A program made the translations under genes and the position numbers. Under the pieces are notes generated by a model that was not told the DNA's origin, searched no databases, and was given only the letters and a program-made list of their open reading frames with translations. Shown piece by piece: positions 6,880-15,364 of a stretch of 28,285 nucleotides of DNA (position 1 is its first letter; the number at the start of each line of letters is the position of its first letter). The DNA lies in the IMG/VR virus record IMGVR_UViG_3300017773_000094, positions 1 to 28,285 of that record, one strand, 5' to 3'. Origin of the DNA: a virus. Taxonomy: Duplodnaviria > Caudoviricetes.

Positions 6880-8676
6880 ATGATTACATACGCATTAGAC
6901 TTTGAGACTTACTACGACAAGCACTGCTCTATACGCAAGCTTGGCCCACTAGGATACTTTTCCCACTATGACTTTGACGCTTATATGGTGAGTGTCGTCG
7001 GTGACAACGGCTACGAGTTCGTTGGTCACCCTGAAGATTTTGACTGGTCCTTGTTAGAAGGACAGATTGTTCTTAGCCACAACGCTAGCTTTGATGAAAC
7101 ACTTTACCTGTATGGCGTTACTTGCAACTGGTGGCCAGAGGTAAAGCCTGCGGCATGGTATTGCACCGCTGATATGGCTGCGGCATGTGGCTTACCTAGA
7201 TCACTAAAGGGAGCTACTGCTCAAGCTTTCGGAATCGAGGTCGAGAAAACTACTCGCGACAACATGTCAGGTAAGACATGGACGGGTATGTCAGAAGAGT
7301 TTCGTAAGGAAGTTCTTGAATACGCATTAAAAGACTCAGAGCTATGTCTTAAACTTTGGCAGGAATACTCACCTAGATGGTCTGACTTCGAGCGTAGTAT
7401 AAGCAACATGAACCGACGGGTAGTCCAGCGAGGCATCCCTATCGATATTGACGCGCTTAAAGAAGCGAGAGAAACAATTAATGAGCGTTTGTTCCAAGCG
7501 GAAAAGGCTATCCCTTGGGCGGGTGAAAAACCACTACTGAGTCGGAAAGCATTCGACGAGGAATGCCACAAGATTGGAATTGAGCCACCAGCATCACTCG
7601 CTAAAACTGATAAAGATGCACAAGAGTGGATTAAAAAACATGGTAGGTCGTATGCATGGGTAGAAGCAGTTTCTAATTGGCGGCGTATTAATTCGATTAA
7701 GAAGAAGCTAGATAGCTTTGATTACGCCACAATGCCAGACGACCGCTACTACGGTGGTCTCATGTATTTCGGCGGACATACCGGACGATTCAGCGGTAGT
7801 GGAGGAAACCTTAATCTACAGAATTTACCGCGAGATGAGATGTTTGGTGTGAACATGAGAAAACTCATTACCGCACCTAAAGGGAAGAAATTAGTCGTTG
7901 TCGATCTTTCGCAGATTGAAGTCCGCACATTATGTTGGCTAGCTAAAGATAGGGAGACTATGGACGCTATAGCAGCATCTGATGATATATACGAGGCGTT
8001 CGCGATTCAATTTGGATTGTGGTCTTCTGACAAAGGTGTTCTTAAAAAAGAAGACGCTAAGTTACGTCACAAAGTTAAAGCTCTTGTATTGGGTTGTGGA
8101 TATGGTGCAGGTTACAAAAAGTTTGCTCAGATGTATAACATGCCCAAGAAAGAGGCTAAGGAGGCTGTAAATTTGTATCGCGAAAAGATCTCTAAAGTAC
8201 CTGAACTTTGGGGTGATTACGATTCAAAGTTAATTGGTCTAGGGCTAATGTCAGATAGCGTAGCGTTAAGGAGTAATGAAGACATTAAGTTGAAGCTTGA
8301 GTTACCGTCCGGTAGAGTTTTAAATTATGGTTTTGTTTTACAACAATACAATGAAGATACCGGACATTCTAGGTATCAAGTAACAGTAAACCGCAACGGC
8401 AGAAAGCGGCATATTACTCTTTGGGGAGGTATCCTAGCAGAAAATGCTTCACAAGCTTTAGCCCGTGATATATTTAGTCATATGATGCTCCAGATTGAGA
8501 GAGCTGGCATCAACATAATTTTTCACGTCCACGATGAAGTTGTCTGCGAGTGTGACGAAGAGATAGCAGACGAAACCCTAAACAAAATTATTAAAATCAT
8601 GTCTACCCCACCAGAATGGATACCCGACATTCCGCTAGATGCAGAAGGAGAAATCTTAAATAAATATACAAAATAA
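6880..8676 (+). CDS. polA: Phage DNA polymerase, family A (3'-5' exonuclease plus polymerase)
   Basis: Exo I LDFET, exo II HNASFD, exo III YALKD, HTGRFSG...NLQNLP, motif A DLSQIEVR, motif B RHKVKALVLGCGYG, motif C HVHDE. Confidence 0.95.
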   Translation: MITYALDFETYYDKHCSIRKLGPLGYFSHYDFDAYMVSVVGDNGYEFVGHPEDFDWSLLEGQIVLSHNASFDETLYLYGVTCNWWPEVKPAAWYCTADMAAACGLPRSLKGATAQAFGIEVEKTTRDNMSGKTWTGMSEEFRKEVLEYALKDSELCLKLWQEYSPRWSDFERSISNMNRRVVQRGIPIDIDALKEARETINERLFQAEKAIPWAGEKPLLSRKAFDEECHKIGIEPPASLAKTDKDAQEWIKKHGRSYAWVEAVSNWRRINSIKKKLDSFDYATMPDDRYYGGLMYFGGHTGRFSGSGGNLNLQNLPRDEMFGVNMRKLITAPKGKKLVVVDLSQIEVRTLCWLAKDRETMDAIAASDDIYEAFAIQFGLWSSDKGVLKKEDAKLRHKVKALVLGCGYGAGYKKFAQMYNMPKKEAKEAVNLYREKISKVPELWGDYDSKLIGLGLMSDSVALRSNEDIKLKLELPSGRVLNYGFVLQQYNEDTGHSRYQVTVNRNGRKRHITLWGGILAENASQALARDIFSHMMLQIERAGINIIFHVHDEVVCECDEEIADETLNKIIKIMSTPPEWIPDIPLDAEGEILNKYTK

Positions 8677-10871
8677 TGACCTATCGAACATTAAAGAACC
8701 TGAGAGACTCAAAGACTTCAAAAGTAGAAGACTTGAGCCAAGTAAAATCAAAGAAGCCAGCGTTTAAGAACAAAGCTCTATACCGAGATTGGTGTAGCAA
8801 CATAAACACAAAACATGTGTTTTATTCGTGTGTAGAAGGACGAACTCCTTCTAAAAGAGTAACGTCTGATAACCCTGTCCACATAGTTCACGGGATAGTT
8901 GCGGACTACGACGCCCCTGTTAAATGGGATACCTTCCAAGCTAATCTAGGAACAGCATGTAACAGCAGCCCTTTACCAACATGGTCATCGAGAACTCAGA
9001 GCGATTACCTTAGACTAGTATGGGAGTTTGAGAATCCAATTCCTGTGGACCCATCAATGTATGAGGCTTTCGTGATGGCAATAGATAAACTTGTTAAAGC
9101 TTCTAGCTTGTTTGCTGGATTTGATAAGTCATCATTCCGACCAAACCAGTACTTTGAATTAGGAGTAGATTGGCAACCACACGGTAACAAACTTCCAGAC
9201 TCAATCGTTTTTGCGGCTATAGCGAAGGCAGCGGAATCCAAACCGCCAGAGTCTGCCGAAACGTGTATCCCAATCGATGTGGTTGCCAAAGAGGTTGAAT
9301 CCCGATTCCCGAATCGGTGGTTCGGTGAATTTGAAGTAGGAGCCAGAGGACCACTGTTCTGGATTGACGATGGCATTGACCGTGAAGGATGTCAAGTTGT
9401 GGAAGATGGAATGGTCTGTTATAGCGACAGAGCTGGTAAAGGATTCATGAGTTGGTCCGACATATTCGGTGGTGCATTTGTTAAGGATTACGAGACCCAG
9501 AAACTAGCCACCCTATTAGATGAGTATTGGTTCAACGGTAAGACATTCTTCAAGCTGTTATACGGAAACGCAGTCTCGATACCTAAAGATCAGCTTTTAT
9601 TAGAGCTACGTCAGGCAGGTTTTTCTGTGAGAGTTAGGCGTGGCCAGAGTATTAGTGAAGTAGAAAATGCTGTGCTGGTAATCAGTAACAACAACAGGAT
9701 TGATGAGATCGCACCAGTAGTGTTCTCAAGCGACCGTGTTGTATCGTATAACGGTAGTCGGATTCTGAACTGCTCTACGCTATGTCCGGTGGACGCAGCA
9801 GCAGATGGAGACCCCTCCAACTGGCCTTTCCTCCACAATTGGTTTAATCAACTTTTCGTAAACAATAGCAAGCATGATTCTATAGAATACTTCTACGCAT
9901 GGATGAAGAGGTTTTACTACGCTGTTGTAGAAAGAAAGCCTTTACAGGGGCAAGCTTTGCTGCTGGTCGGACCAACAGGTCGCGGCAAGTCATTGTTGAG
10001 TAATAAAGTTATTAGCGGACTCGTGGGGGGTTTTGCTGATGCAAGTGACTACTTAGGGGGTCACACAAAATTCAACAAAGACTTAGGTCGTGTCGCATCT
10101 TGGGTGATCGACGATACGACCTCAGCAGCCAGCTTTCAAGACCAAAGACGTGCAACTGAGCTGTTGAAGCGTGCGGTGGCTAATCCGAGAGTCGAATATC
10201 AGGCCAAGTATGCTGACGCTTTATCAGTGCCTTGGACAGGTCGTGTTGTGCTGTCTCTGAACATGGACGCTAACTCGCTGTCGGTAATACCGTCACTTGA
10301 TTCTAGTAACCGAGATAAGCTTATGGCTCTGCTGATATCAGAGTCATCAACGACATCGTTCCCACCTAACTACCAGCTTGAAGCAACTATCGAAGACGAG
10401 TTACCTCACTTTGCTAAGTTCTTGATGGATTATAAAGTCCACCCTGAAGTTGAAGACGTTGGTCGGTTTGGCGTCCAGAGCTACATCGAGCCATTGATTG
10501 CTGATGCAGCATACGATAACAGTTATCGAAGCACCGTAGCCGAACTTGTTGAGTTCTTCTGCAAGAGGTGTCGTAATAGCGCACCGGAACTTAAGACGTG
10601 GTCGGGAACTCTAACCGAGTTTCAAGTTGCAATCCACGCATTTAACGATGGTCGGAATGTCGGTATGTCTAATAACCTAGAGTTTATCAGGCGTGGGATG
10701 TCAGTTCTTGAGGAAGCTGGAGCAGTCAACAGTAACATCAGACCCATTAATTCTAAAGGACAAGGCGGCGGTAAATTGTGGAGCATTGACCTGAGTGAGA
10801 TTTACGATATAGGTTATACAGCGGATGACAAACGAAGATCTTCAGATCAGGAGGCAGGAACTTTGCGGTGA
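8676..10871 (+). CDS. Primase-helicase-like protein (prim-pol-type N-terminus plus DUF5906/SF3-like P-loop NTPase)
   Basis: GIVADYD and SRTQSDYLRLVW in the N-terminus; LLLVGPTGRGKS Walker A, WVIDD Walker B, FN...LK...KY pattern in the C-terminus; coupled to polA by TAATG. Confidence 0.75.
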   Translation: MTYRTLKNLRDSKTSKVEDLSQVKSKKPAFKNKALYRDWCSNINTKHVFYSCVEGRTPSKRVTSDNPVHIVHGIVADYDAPVKWDTFQANLGTACNSSPLPTWSSRTQSDYLRLVWEFENPIPVDPSMYEAFVMAIDKLVKASSLFAGFDKSSFRPNQYFELGVDWQPHGNKLPDSIVFAAIAKAAESKPPESAETCIPIDVVAKEVESRFPNRWFGEFEVGARGPLFWIDDGIDREGCQVVEDGMVCYSDRAGKGFMSWSDIFGGAFVKDYETQKLATLLDEYWFNGKTFFKLLYGNAVSIPKDQLLLELRQAGFSVRVRRGQSISEVENAVLVISNNNRIDEIAPVVFSSDRVVSYNGSRILNCSTLCPVDAAADGDPSNWPFLHNWFNQLFVNNSKHDSIEYFYAWMKRFYYAVVERKPLQGQALLLVGPTGRGKSLLSNKVISGLVGGFADASDYLGGHTKFNKDLGRVASWVIDDTTSAASFQDQRRATELLKRAVANPRVEYQAKYADALSVPWTGRVVLSLNMDANSLSVIPSLDSSNRDKLMALLISESSTTSFPPNYQLEATIEDELPHFAKFLMDYKVHPEVEDVGRFGVQSYIEPLIADAAYDNSYRSTVAELVEFFCKRCRNSAPELKTWSGTLTEFQVAIHAFNDGRNVGMSNNLEFIRRGMSVLEEAGAVNSNIRPINSKGQGGGKLWSIDLSEIYDIGYTADDKRRSSDQEAGTLR

Positions 10872-11052
10872 GTTTTGGATGGAACTTCGGCAGATTTTAG
10901 AACAAATTGGAGGTGACCCGTCTGTTATAGATGCTTACTTAGATGCTCCTCTCAGTGAGTTTGTAGATTTTGTCGCTCCTAACGGTATAAGGCCCGTCTA
11001 TAAAAAGACGGGCCACATCCACCATAACTGCCTACCGCCGGAGGAGCAGTGA
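10825..11052 (+). CDS. Hypothetical protein (75 aa)
   Basis: Last gene of the plus arm; overlaps the primase 3' end and the convergent gene. Confidence 0.55.
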   Translation: MTNEDLQIRRQELCGEFWMELRQILEQIGGDPSVIDAYLDAPLSEFVDFVAPNGIRPVYKKTGHIHHNCLPPEEQ

Positions 11053-11550
11053 CTCGAAAGCGTCGGGCCGACGAGTCCTCTTGATCTCGATATTGTAGCC
11101 GTCAGCCTTGAATCTAAATCCATCTGCGTCACGCTCGCCTCTCTCGTTGAATCGTTTCTTATGTATGATGGATTTCTTAGGAGACCATCCGCAGAGCCAT
11201 ACCTTCCGCAGACCTTTGTGGACTCGCATGAAGAAATATACGTCGGCTTCAAACTTGCTGAACTTAGTCCTGACTACAGAGGCGTTGTAATTTAACTTAG
11301 GTGGTGTGTTGCAGCTCTTAGCCTTAACGTCAACCTTCAGACCTTTGTACTCGTAGTCGTGAGTGTAGGACTTATCGCCAACATAGTTAAACTGTTTAAA
11401 AGTATTCTCAAAGGCGACTTCACCTAAGAAACCAGTCATGTTCCCTTTGCCGTTAGTGAACGATGTCCTGAGATTGCCTAAAGCGTCAGACCTACGACAC
11501 GCTTCAGCGACATCTTCTGGTGTAGGTTTGTAGAGTATGAAGCGGCTCAA
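11032..11550 (-). CDS. Putative PD-(D/E)XK restriction-like endonuclease
   Basis: GFLGEVAF helix, then HDYE...VDVKAK (D...D-x-K). TTG start after a CCAAATAAATT leader. Confidence 0.55.
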   Translation of the reverse strand: MSRFILYKPTPEDVAEACRRSDALGNLRTSFTNGKGNMTGFLGEVAFENTFKQFNYVGDKSYTHDYEYKGLKVDVKAKSCNTPPKLNYNASVVRTKFSKFEADVYFFMRVHKGLRKVWLCGWSPKKSIIHKKRFNERGERDADGFRFKADGYNIEIKRTRRPDAFESLLLRR

Positions 11551-11561
11551 AATTTATTTGG

Positions 11562-12701
11562 TTAAGCATCAAACTCAAGTTTGATTGCTCTAGATGTCCC
11601 AGCTAACCCTAAATAAACGTTGCTACCTTTAACTAAGGCTGCCGTCGAGTATCCGGTTCCAAGGCTCATTATGCCAGAACCTTCTTTAGCTGTGGGTTTG
11701 CCATCCTTAAAGTCATTCTCGTAATCTTTCCATTGGAACTCAAACGTGGATGGGTTAATCCGAAAACATTTCGTATCGGCCCAGAAAGCACTATACAACC
11801 AACCGTCAGGCCCAAGATAGCCGTGGAAGTTTTTGTTTTTATTAGCGACCGACAGGTAGTCTTCTGGTAACTTAAATTCTTGATATGAGTCGTCTTCGCA
11901 GTTAATTACCAAAAACATTTTACCTTGTCGCGGCAAACAGAAAATTTTGTTCACCGACTCAACATAGGTAGCCCCTACATATTTGACCGAGAAGCCGTAT
12001 ACACCAGACGTGACTGGAAGGCCGTCTAGATATTTAAACCCTCCGTTTTTGTCGATCTTTGCAACACTCGTTCCGAGTGCGGGCGGCATGTAAATCTCCC
12101 CCTTCTTGTCAGTAGCTGCTCCCCAAACGTGGTTAAAATTTGCGGGCCTGTTCGGTTTAGGTGGTGTGAAGGAAGATACTTCTTGTGTTTTCGTATTGTA
12201 TGTGAAGATCTGGAGTGTTCTCGTATATGACGGCATGTAGATTATTCCGTTGCTCCCCTCCGCTCCCGACCGCACTTGCGGGCTCATCCTGAATTTCTTT
12301 TCTACAGAAATAGATCCTGTCTTCCTATTTAATCTAGCTATCGAACTGGCGTAGGCGGGCAGAAAATAAGTGTAGCCGTCTGACGCTTCTACATTCCCAA
12401 TGAACCCCTTGTATCCCGTATCCTGTTTCTCGATTCGGTCATCATGAGTATTTGTTTTAATGTATACGTCCGATTTATACCCTAATGAATGAATCGTCCC
12501 GTCGTCGCTAAGACCCATCGTGCGCGTCTTAGTTAGGTTCCCTTTAAACTCACCATCCAGATACTTGAATCGAGGCCAAGGCGCATAACTAGAACTGGAA
12601 CTAGAGCTAGAGCTAGAGCTAGAGCTAGAATCTTCTTCCTTAAGATTTTTTAAAATCTCTTGAAGAAGTTTAATTATTTTTTCAAGTAATTGAGAAATCA
12701 T
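11562..12701 (-). CDS. Beta-propeller protein with N-terminal amphipathic helix and Ser14 linker
   Basis: Blade repeats about 40-50 aa apart: ASDGYTYFLP, GSNGIIYMP, DKKGEIYMPP, SVNKIFCLP, GPDGWLY. Confidence 0.7.
   Translation of the reverse strand: MISQLLEKIIKLLQEILKNLKEEDSSSSSSSSSSSSSSYAPWPRFKYLDGEFKGNLTKTRTMGLSDDGTIHSLGYKSDVYIKTNTHDDRIEKQDTGYKGFIGNVEASDGYTYFLPAYASSIARLNRKTGSISVEKKFRMSPQVRSGAEGSNGIIYMPSYTRTLQIFTYNTKTQEVSSFTPPKPNRPANFNHVWGAATDKKGEIYMPPALGTSVAKIDKNGGFKYLDGLPVTSGVYGFSVKYVGATYVESVNKIFCLPRQGKMFLVINCEDDSYQEFKLPEDYLSVANKNKNFHGYLGPDGWLYSAFWADTKCFRINPSTFEFQWKDYENDFKDGKPTAKEGSGIMSLGTGYSTAALVKGSNVYLGLAGTSRAIKLEFDA
12588..12629. repeat. Poly-Ser coding repeat (Ser14), mostly (TCTAGC)n on the minus strand
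   Basis: ACTAGAACTGGAACT followed by (AGAGCT)4 and AGA on the plus strand. Confidence 0.95.
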
Positions 12702-12973
12702 TTCTTACGCGCCTTTTTTAGAAGGCTGCTTTTGCTCCGGTAGCGTGCAGTTTTCTCCGCAATCTTTTTAGGCTGCTTAACGAACTGCTTACCAGCCCTC
12801 ATACCCTTCCGCTTCTTGCGACTAGTTCGAGAATACTCTTCACTAGTCAAAGCTTCACGCGCAGCTTTTGGCAAATACCTCTCACCTGTCTTCAGTGAAG
12901 GCTTACCAGACTTGGTTCCCCATTTCTCTCCTGTCCAGTTGTCGAGAGATCTCTGTGAAGCTTTCTTAGGCAT
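12698..12973 (-). CDS. Basic protein resembling the C-terminal half of the DUF5872 family
   Basis: SLDNWTGEKWGTKSGK...ERYLPKAAREALT...GKQFVKQP. Confidence 0.7.
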   Translation of the reverse strand: MPKKASQRSLDNWTGEKWGTKSGKPSLKTGERYLPKAAREALTSEEYSRTSRKKRKGMRAGKQFVKQPKKIAEKTARYRSKSSLLKKARKK

Positions 12974-13161
12974 TAGTAACCGGAGCGTTTGCGGATGATT
13001 TTTTTAGCCTTCTTCTTAGTAGAAGACTTAGTCGATGGTTTACTTGCTGGCTTTGCGTGTCCGTATCCTTTTTTCTTCATAGCTAAGTGTTGTTCGTAAG
13101 TGTTGGCTTTATAAGCCTTTCCAGACTTATCATACATCATGTGTGGTTTAAATTGTTTCAT
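12973..13161 (-). CDS. Small Lys-rich protein (62 aa)
   Basis: Start re-called at ATG 13161 (MKQFKPHMMYDKSGKAYKANTYEQHLAMKKKGYGH...), coupled on both sides by TAATG. Confidence 0.7.
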   Translation of the reverse strand: MKQFKPHMMYDKSGKAYKANTYEQHLAMKKKGYGHAKPASKPSTKSSTKKKAKKIIRKRSGY

Positions 13162-13340
13162 TAGTCTCTGTATCCTCCTCCTGCTTTCTTGTATCGTGCT
13201 GCTAGTAGCTGCGCTTTGCGGGCTGACCACTGGCCAGCTCTGCCGCCTTTTGTTCCTGCTTTGATCGAATTAAATAAACGCTTCCTCATTGTAGGCTTTG
13301 TGTAATTACCTGCCTCGTTGACTCTTGATTTCTTTTTCAT
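13161..13340 (-). CDS. Basic protein resembling the N-terminal half of the DUF5872 family (59 aa)
   Basis: Not in the ORF track: MKKKSRVNEAGNYTKPTMRKRLFNSIKAGTKGGRAGQWSARKAQLLAARYKKAGGGYRD. Confidence 0.8.
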   Translation of the reverse strand: MKKKSRVNEAGNYTKPTMRKRLFNSIKAGTKGGRAGQWSARKAQLLAARYKKAGGGYRD

Positions 13341-13627
13341 TTATTAAGTCTCTTTAAAATCCGTTCGTAGGCCGGAAAGAAAACCTCGTCGATGCAACGG
13401 ATACAGGCTTCTTCTTGGAAGCTCTCGCAGAACGAGATGCCAGAGATATGGAAGGCGGCGTGTAACATTTCATGACGTAAGGTTGGTATGATTTCGTTTT
13501 CTGGTAATTTCTTGTGTAACTGGATTATTCGTTTTTCGTGTAAATACTGTCCGTAGCAATCATCTAACTCAGCCTTTTGGATCTTGATCCGCTGACCAGC
13601 GATCATGACTGATTTTAGCGATTTCAC
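13337..13627 (-). CDS. Small HExxH zinc-metallopeptidase-like protein (ImmA/IrrE-like fold)
   Basis: YGQY...IQL...TLRHEMLHA...EE. Confidence 0.7.
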   Translation of the reverse strand: MKSLKSVMIAGQRIKIQKAELDDCYGQYLHEKRIIQLHKKLPENEIIPTLRHEMLHAAFHISGISFCESFQEEACIRCIDEVFFPAYERILKRLNK

Positions 13628-13839
13628 TTTTTAGATCTGTTCCTTGATTTGCTGAGTAATCTTAAATTTTTACGTGAGTTGTTTTTCGGATTCCCGTCCT
13701 TGTGGTCAACGTCTTTACCTTTGACCCGCTTGCCTAAAATCTTCTTCATCTTACGACGTGCGCCATTACGACTAGCCCGATTCTTTTTTTGTTCCGGCTT
13801 ACCTTGGTAGTTGTCGTATTCTTTTCGGTAGTTTCTCAT
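13624..13839 (-). CDS. Minimal HNH endonuclease-like protein
   Basis: RNYRKEY...KDVDHKDGNPKNNSRKNLRLLSKSRNR: H-N-N beta-beta-alpha-Me motif. Confidence 0.8.
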   Translation of the reverse strand: MRNYRKEYDNYQGKPEQKKNRASRNGARRKMKKILGKRVKGKDVDHKDGNPKNNSRKNLRLLSKSRNRSKK

Positions 13840-14489
13840 GCGTTATTAAAGTATTCGACAATGGCCTGTGCGTATACGTCGGCTAGTAATGAGTGCTTTG
13901 AGTCAAAGAGAATCCATTCTTTCGGGGAACTGCCGAAGAAAGGCTCGCAGATCACGGCAGGTGGTGGGACGCTCCGCAAGAATCCGGCCCCACGACCGTC
14001 AGACTCGATTGCTTTTACGCCCCTGTTTTTCTGCACTTTAAAGGTTTCAGAATGTGCCTTACAGAAGCAGTCAGCTAAACGACGACCGTTGTTGCTGGTG
14101 TGGTAATGTAGGTATTCGTAACCCTCTGCTTTTGAGCTTGAGTAGCTGTTGAAGTGAAGTTCAATCGCTATATCACACTTCTCTTTTGCTACGCTCTGTC
14201 CAATCCAATCCATCGCACGTCCGTAACTCTCTGATGGGTAATCGTCGAAAACAACCGAATGAATCCCTTGATGACGTAGGTGGTTTTGCAACAGGTCTGC
14301 GACCTTCTTGTTGTAAGTCCACTCGTCCACACCGCCGACAGAGCTAGCTCCTTTATCCCCGATCCGGCTATGGCCGACACAAATAGCGACTTTTTTTAGC
14401 TTTTTGACCTTCTTACGTTTAGCAGCTTTAGCCGCTCTGTAGGCGGCTATCAGTTCGAGAATCTTGTCGAGTATTTCGCTTGGCTTCAT
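13836..14489 (-). CDS. N-acetylmuramoyl-L-alanine amidase (Amidase_3), endolysin
   Basis: Zn ligands and catalytic residues: VGHS, VDEW, IELHFNS, GYE, PAVICEPFFGS. Confidence 0.9.
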   Translation of the reverse strand: MKPSEILDKILELIAAYRAAKAAKRKKVKKLKKVAICVGHSRIGDKGASSVGGVDEWTYNKKVADLLQNHLRHQGIHSVVFDDYPSESYGRAMDWIGQSVAKEKCDIAIELHFNSYSSSKAEGYEYLHYHTSNNGRRLADCFCKAHSETFKVQKNRGVKAIESDGRGAGFLRSVPPPAVICEPFFGSSPKEWILFDSKHSLLADVYAQAIVEYFNNA

Positions 14490-14710
14490 TTCGAGATAAT
14501 GATGGCGCGTCGGTAGCTGTAGTCGCTATGGAATTTCTGACCATCACCGACGAAGATGCCTTCCTTAAACTGATACTCAGCTCCCTCAATCAAGGTGATT
14601 GTTGGTGGATCGTAGAGCGCACTTCTGTTCAAAGCGGAGGCGTCGCGATAACCTCTCGATGCGCAGCTTGGCAGCAGGAGAGCCGTCAGCAGCGAGATCG
14701 TCGATTTCAT
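14486..14710 (-). CDS. Lipoprotein, putative o-spanin (Rz1-like)
   Basis: MKSTISLLTALLLPS-C lipobox; overlaps 14586..14795 in another frame; immediately upstream of the amidase. Confidence 0.65.
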   Translation of the reverse strand: MKSTISLLTALLLPSCASRGYRDASALNRSALYDPPTITLIEGAEYQFKEGIFVGDGQKFHSDYSYRRAIIISK

Positions 14711-14795
14711 CTTCCAATTCATAAATGTATCTTCTTCTTTTCCAGTTCAACGTAGCTACGTATGCTTTGATCAGCTCAGTGAGTAGCTTAATCAT
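14586..14795 (-). CDS. Putative i-spanin-like (Rz-like) helical protein
   Basis: Helical protein overlapping the lipoprotein gene by 125 nt; N-terminus is amphipathic rather than a clean transmembrane helix. Confidence 0.4.
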   Translation of the reverse strand: MIKLLTELIKAYVATLNWKRRRYIYELEDEIDDLAADGSPAAKLRIERLSRRLRFEQKCALRSTNNHLD

Positions 14796-15178
14796 TTCTT
14801 TATAGGTCGTCTGTAGTAATAACCATCGTCTTTTTTATAAATCTCAGAATGCCCCTTTTCACCTTCTAGCGTATTGTTTATAGTCTTATGCGTCATCCCC
14901 TTTAAGAGCATATCCGTGTCAGGATCAAAACTAGCTTGGTGTTTAAACCAGTCTTTTTCTTTAGGATGCCACACCCACGCTTCGTGTGCGTAGCCGTCTT
15001 CTTGCGCTTGCGCTACCGTGATCTCATTTGTAGGGTCGTCAGGTATTGGTGGTTTAGGTATGATTAAAGGATACTTCTTTTTAAGCAACCTCCCGATGAC
15101 CTCGTTATACTCACCCGATTCAGGATTAAAGCCAGCTCCAAGTCTCGCCTCTACGCTTTCTGGAAATGAGTCGGGCAT
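14792..15178 (-). CDS. Hypothetical protein (128 aa)
   Basis: Fills the gap between the holin-like and spanin-like genes; ATGA coupling downstream. Confidence 0.6.
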   Translation of the reverse strand: MPDSFPESVEARLGAGFNPESGEYNEVIGRLLKKKYPLIIPKPPIPDDPTNEITVAQAQEDGYAHEAWVWHPKEKDWFKHQASFDPDTDMLLKGMTHKTINNTLEGEKGHSEIYKKDDGYYYRRPIKK

Positions 15179-15184
15179 ACCTAA

Positions 15185-15364
15185 TCACTTGTCCTTAGCC
15201 TTGAACACGTTAAGCGCGAGCCAGTCAACGATCTTATATGCCTTACCGATAAAGGTATCATCCTTCGGCGTCGGGGTAAGGGCAGCGATAGCGGAAGCGG
15301 CTGCAATTATGGCGGTGACAACCCCGAAGAGTTGCTCTTTGTTTTCTAAAATGTAACTAATCAT
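15185..15364 (-). CDS. Small membrane protein, putative holin (59 aa)
   Basis: Not in the ORF track: MISYILENKEQLFGVVTAIIAAASAIAALTPTPKDDTFIGKAYKIVDWLALNVFKAKDK; TM helix plus the TPTPKDD motif common in phage lysis regions. Confidence 0.7.
   Translation of the reverse strand: MISYILENKEQLFGVVTAIIAAASAIAALTPTPKDDTFIGKAYKIVDWLALNVFKAKDK

Noticed and set aside
6860-8883. DnaA-box-like CTGTCCACA at 6860 and 8875 (also CTATCCACA at 27139)
   Set aside because: Isolated 1-2 mismatch hits are expected by chance in 28 kb; no cluster.
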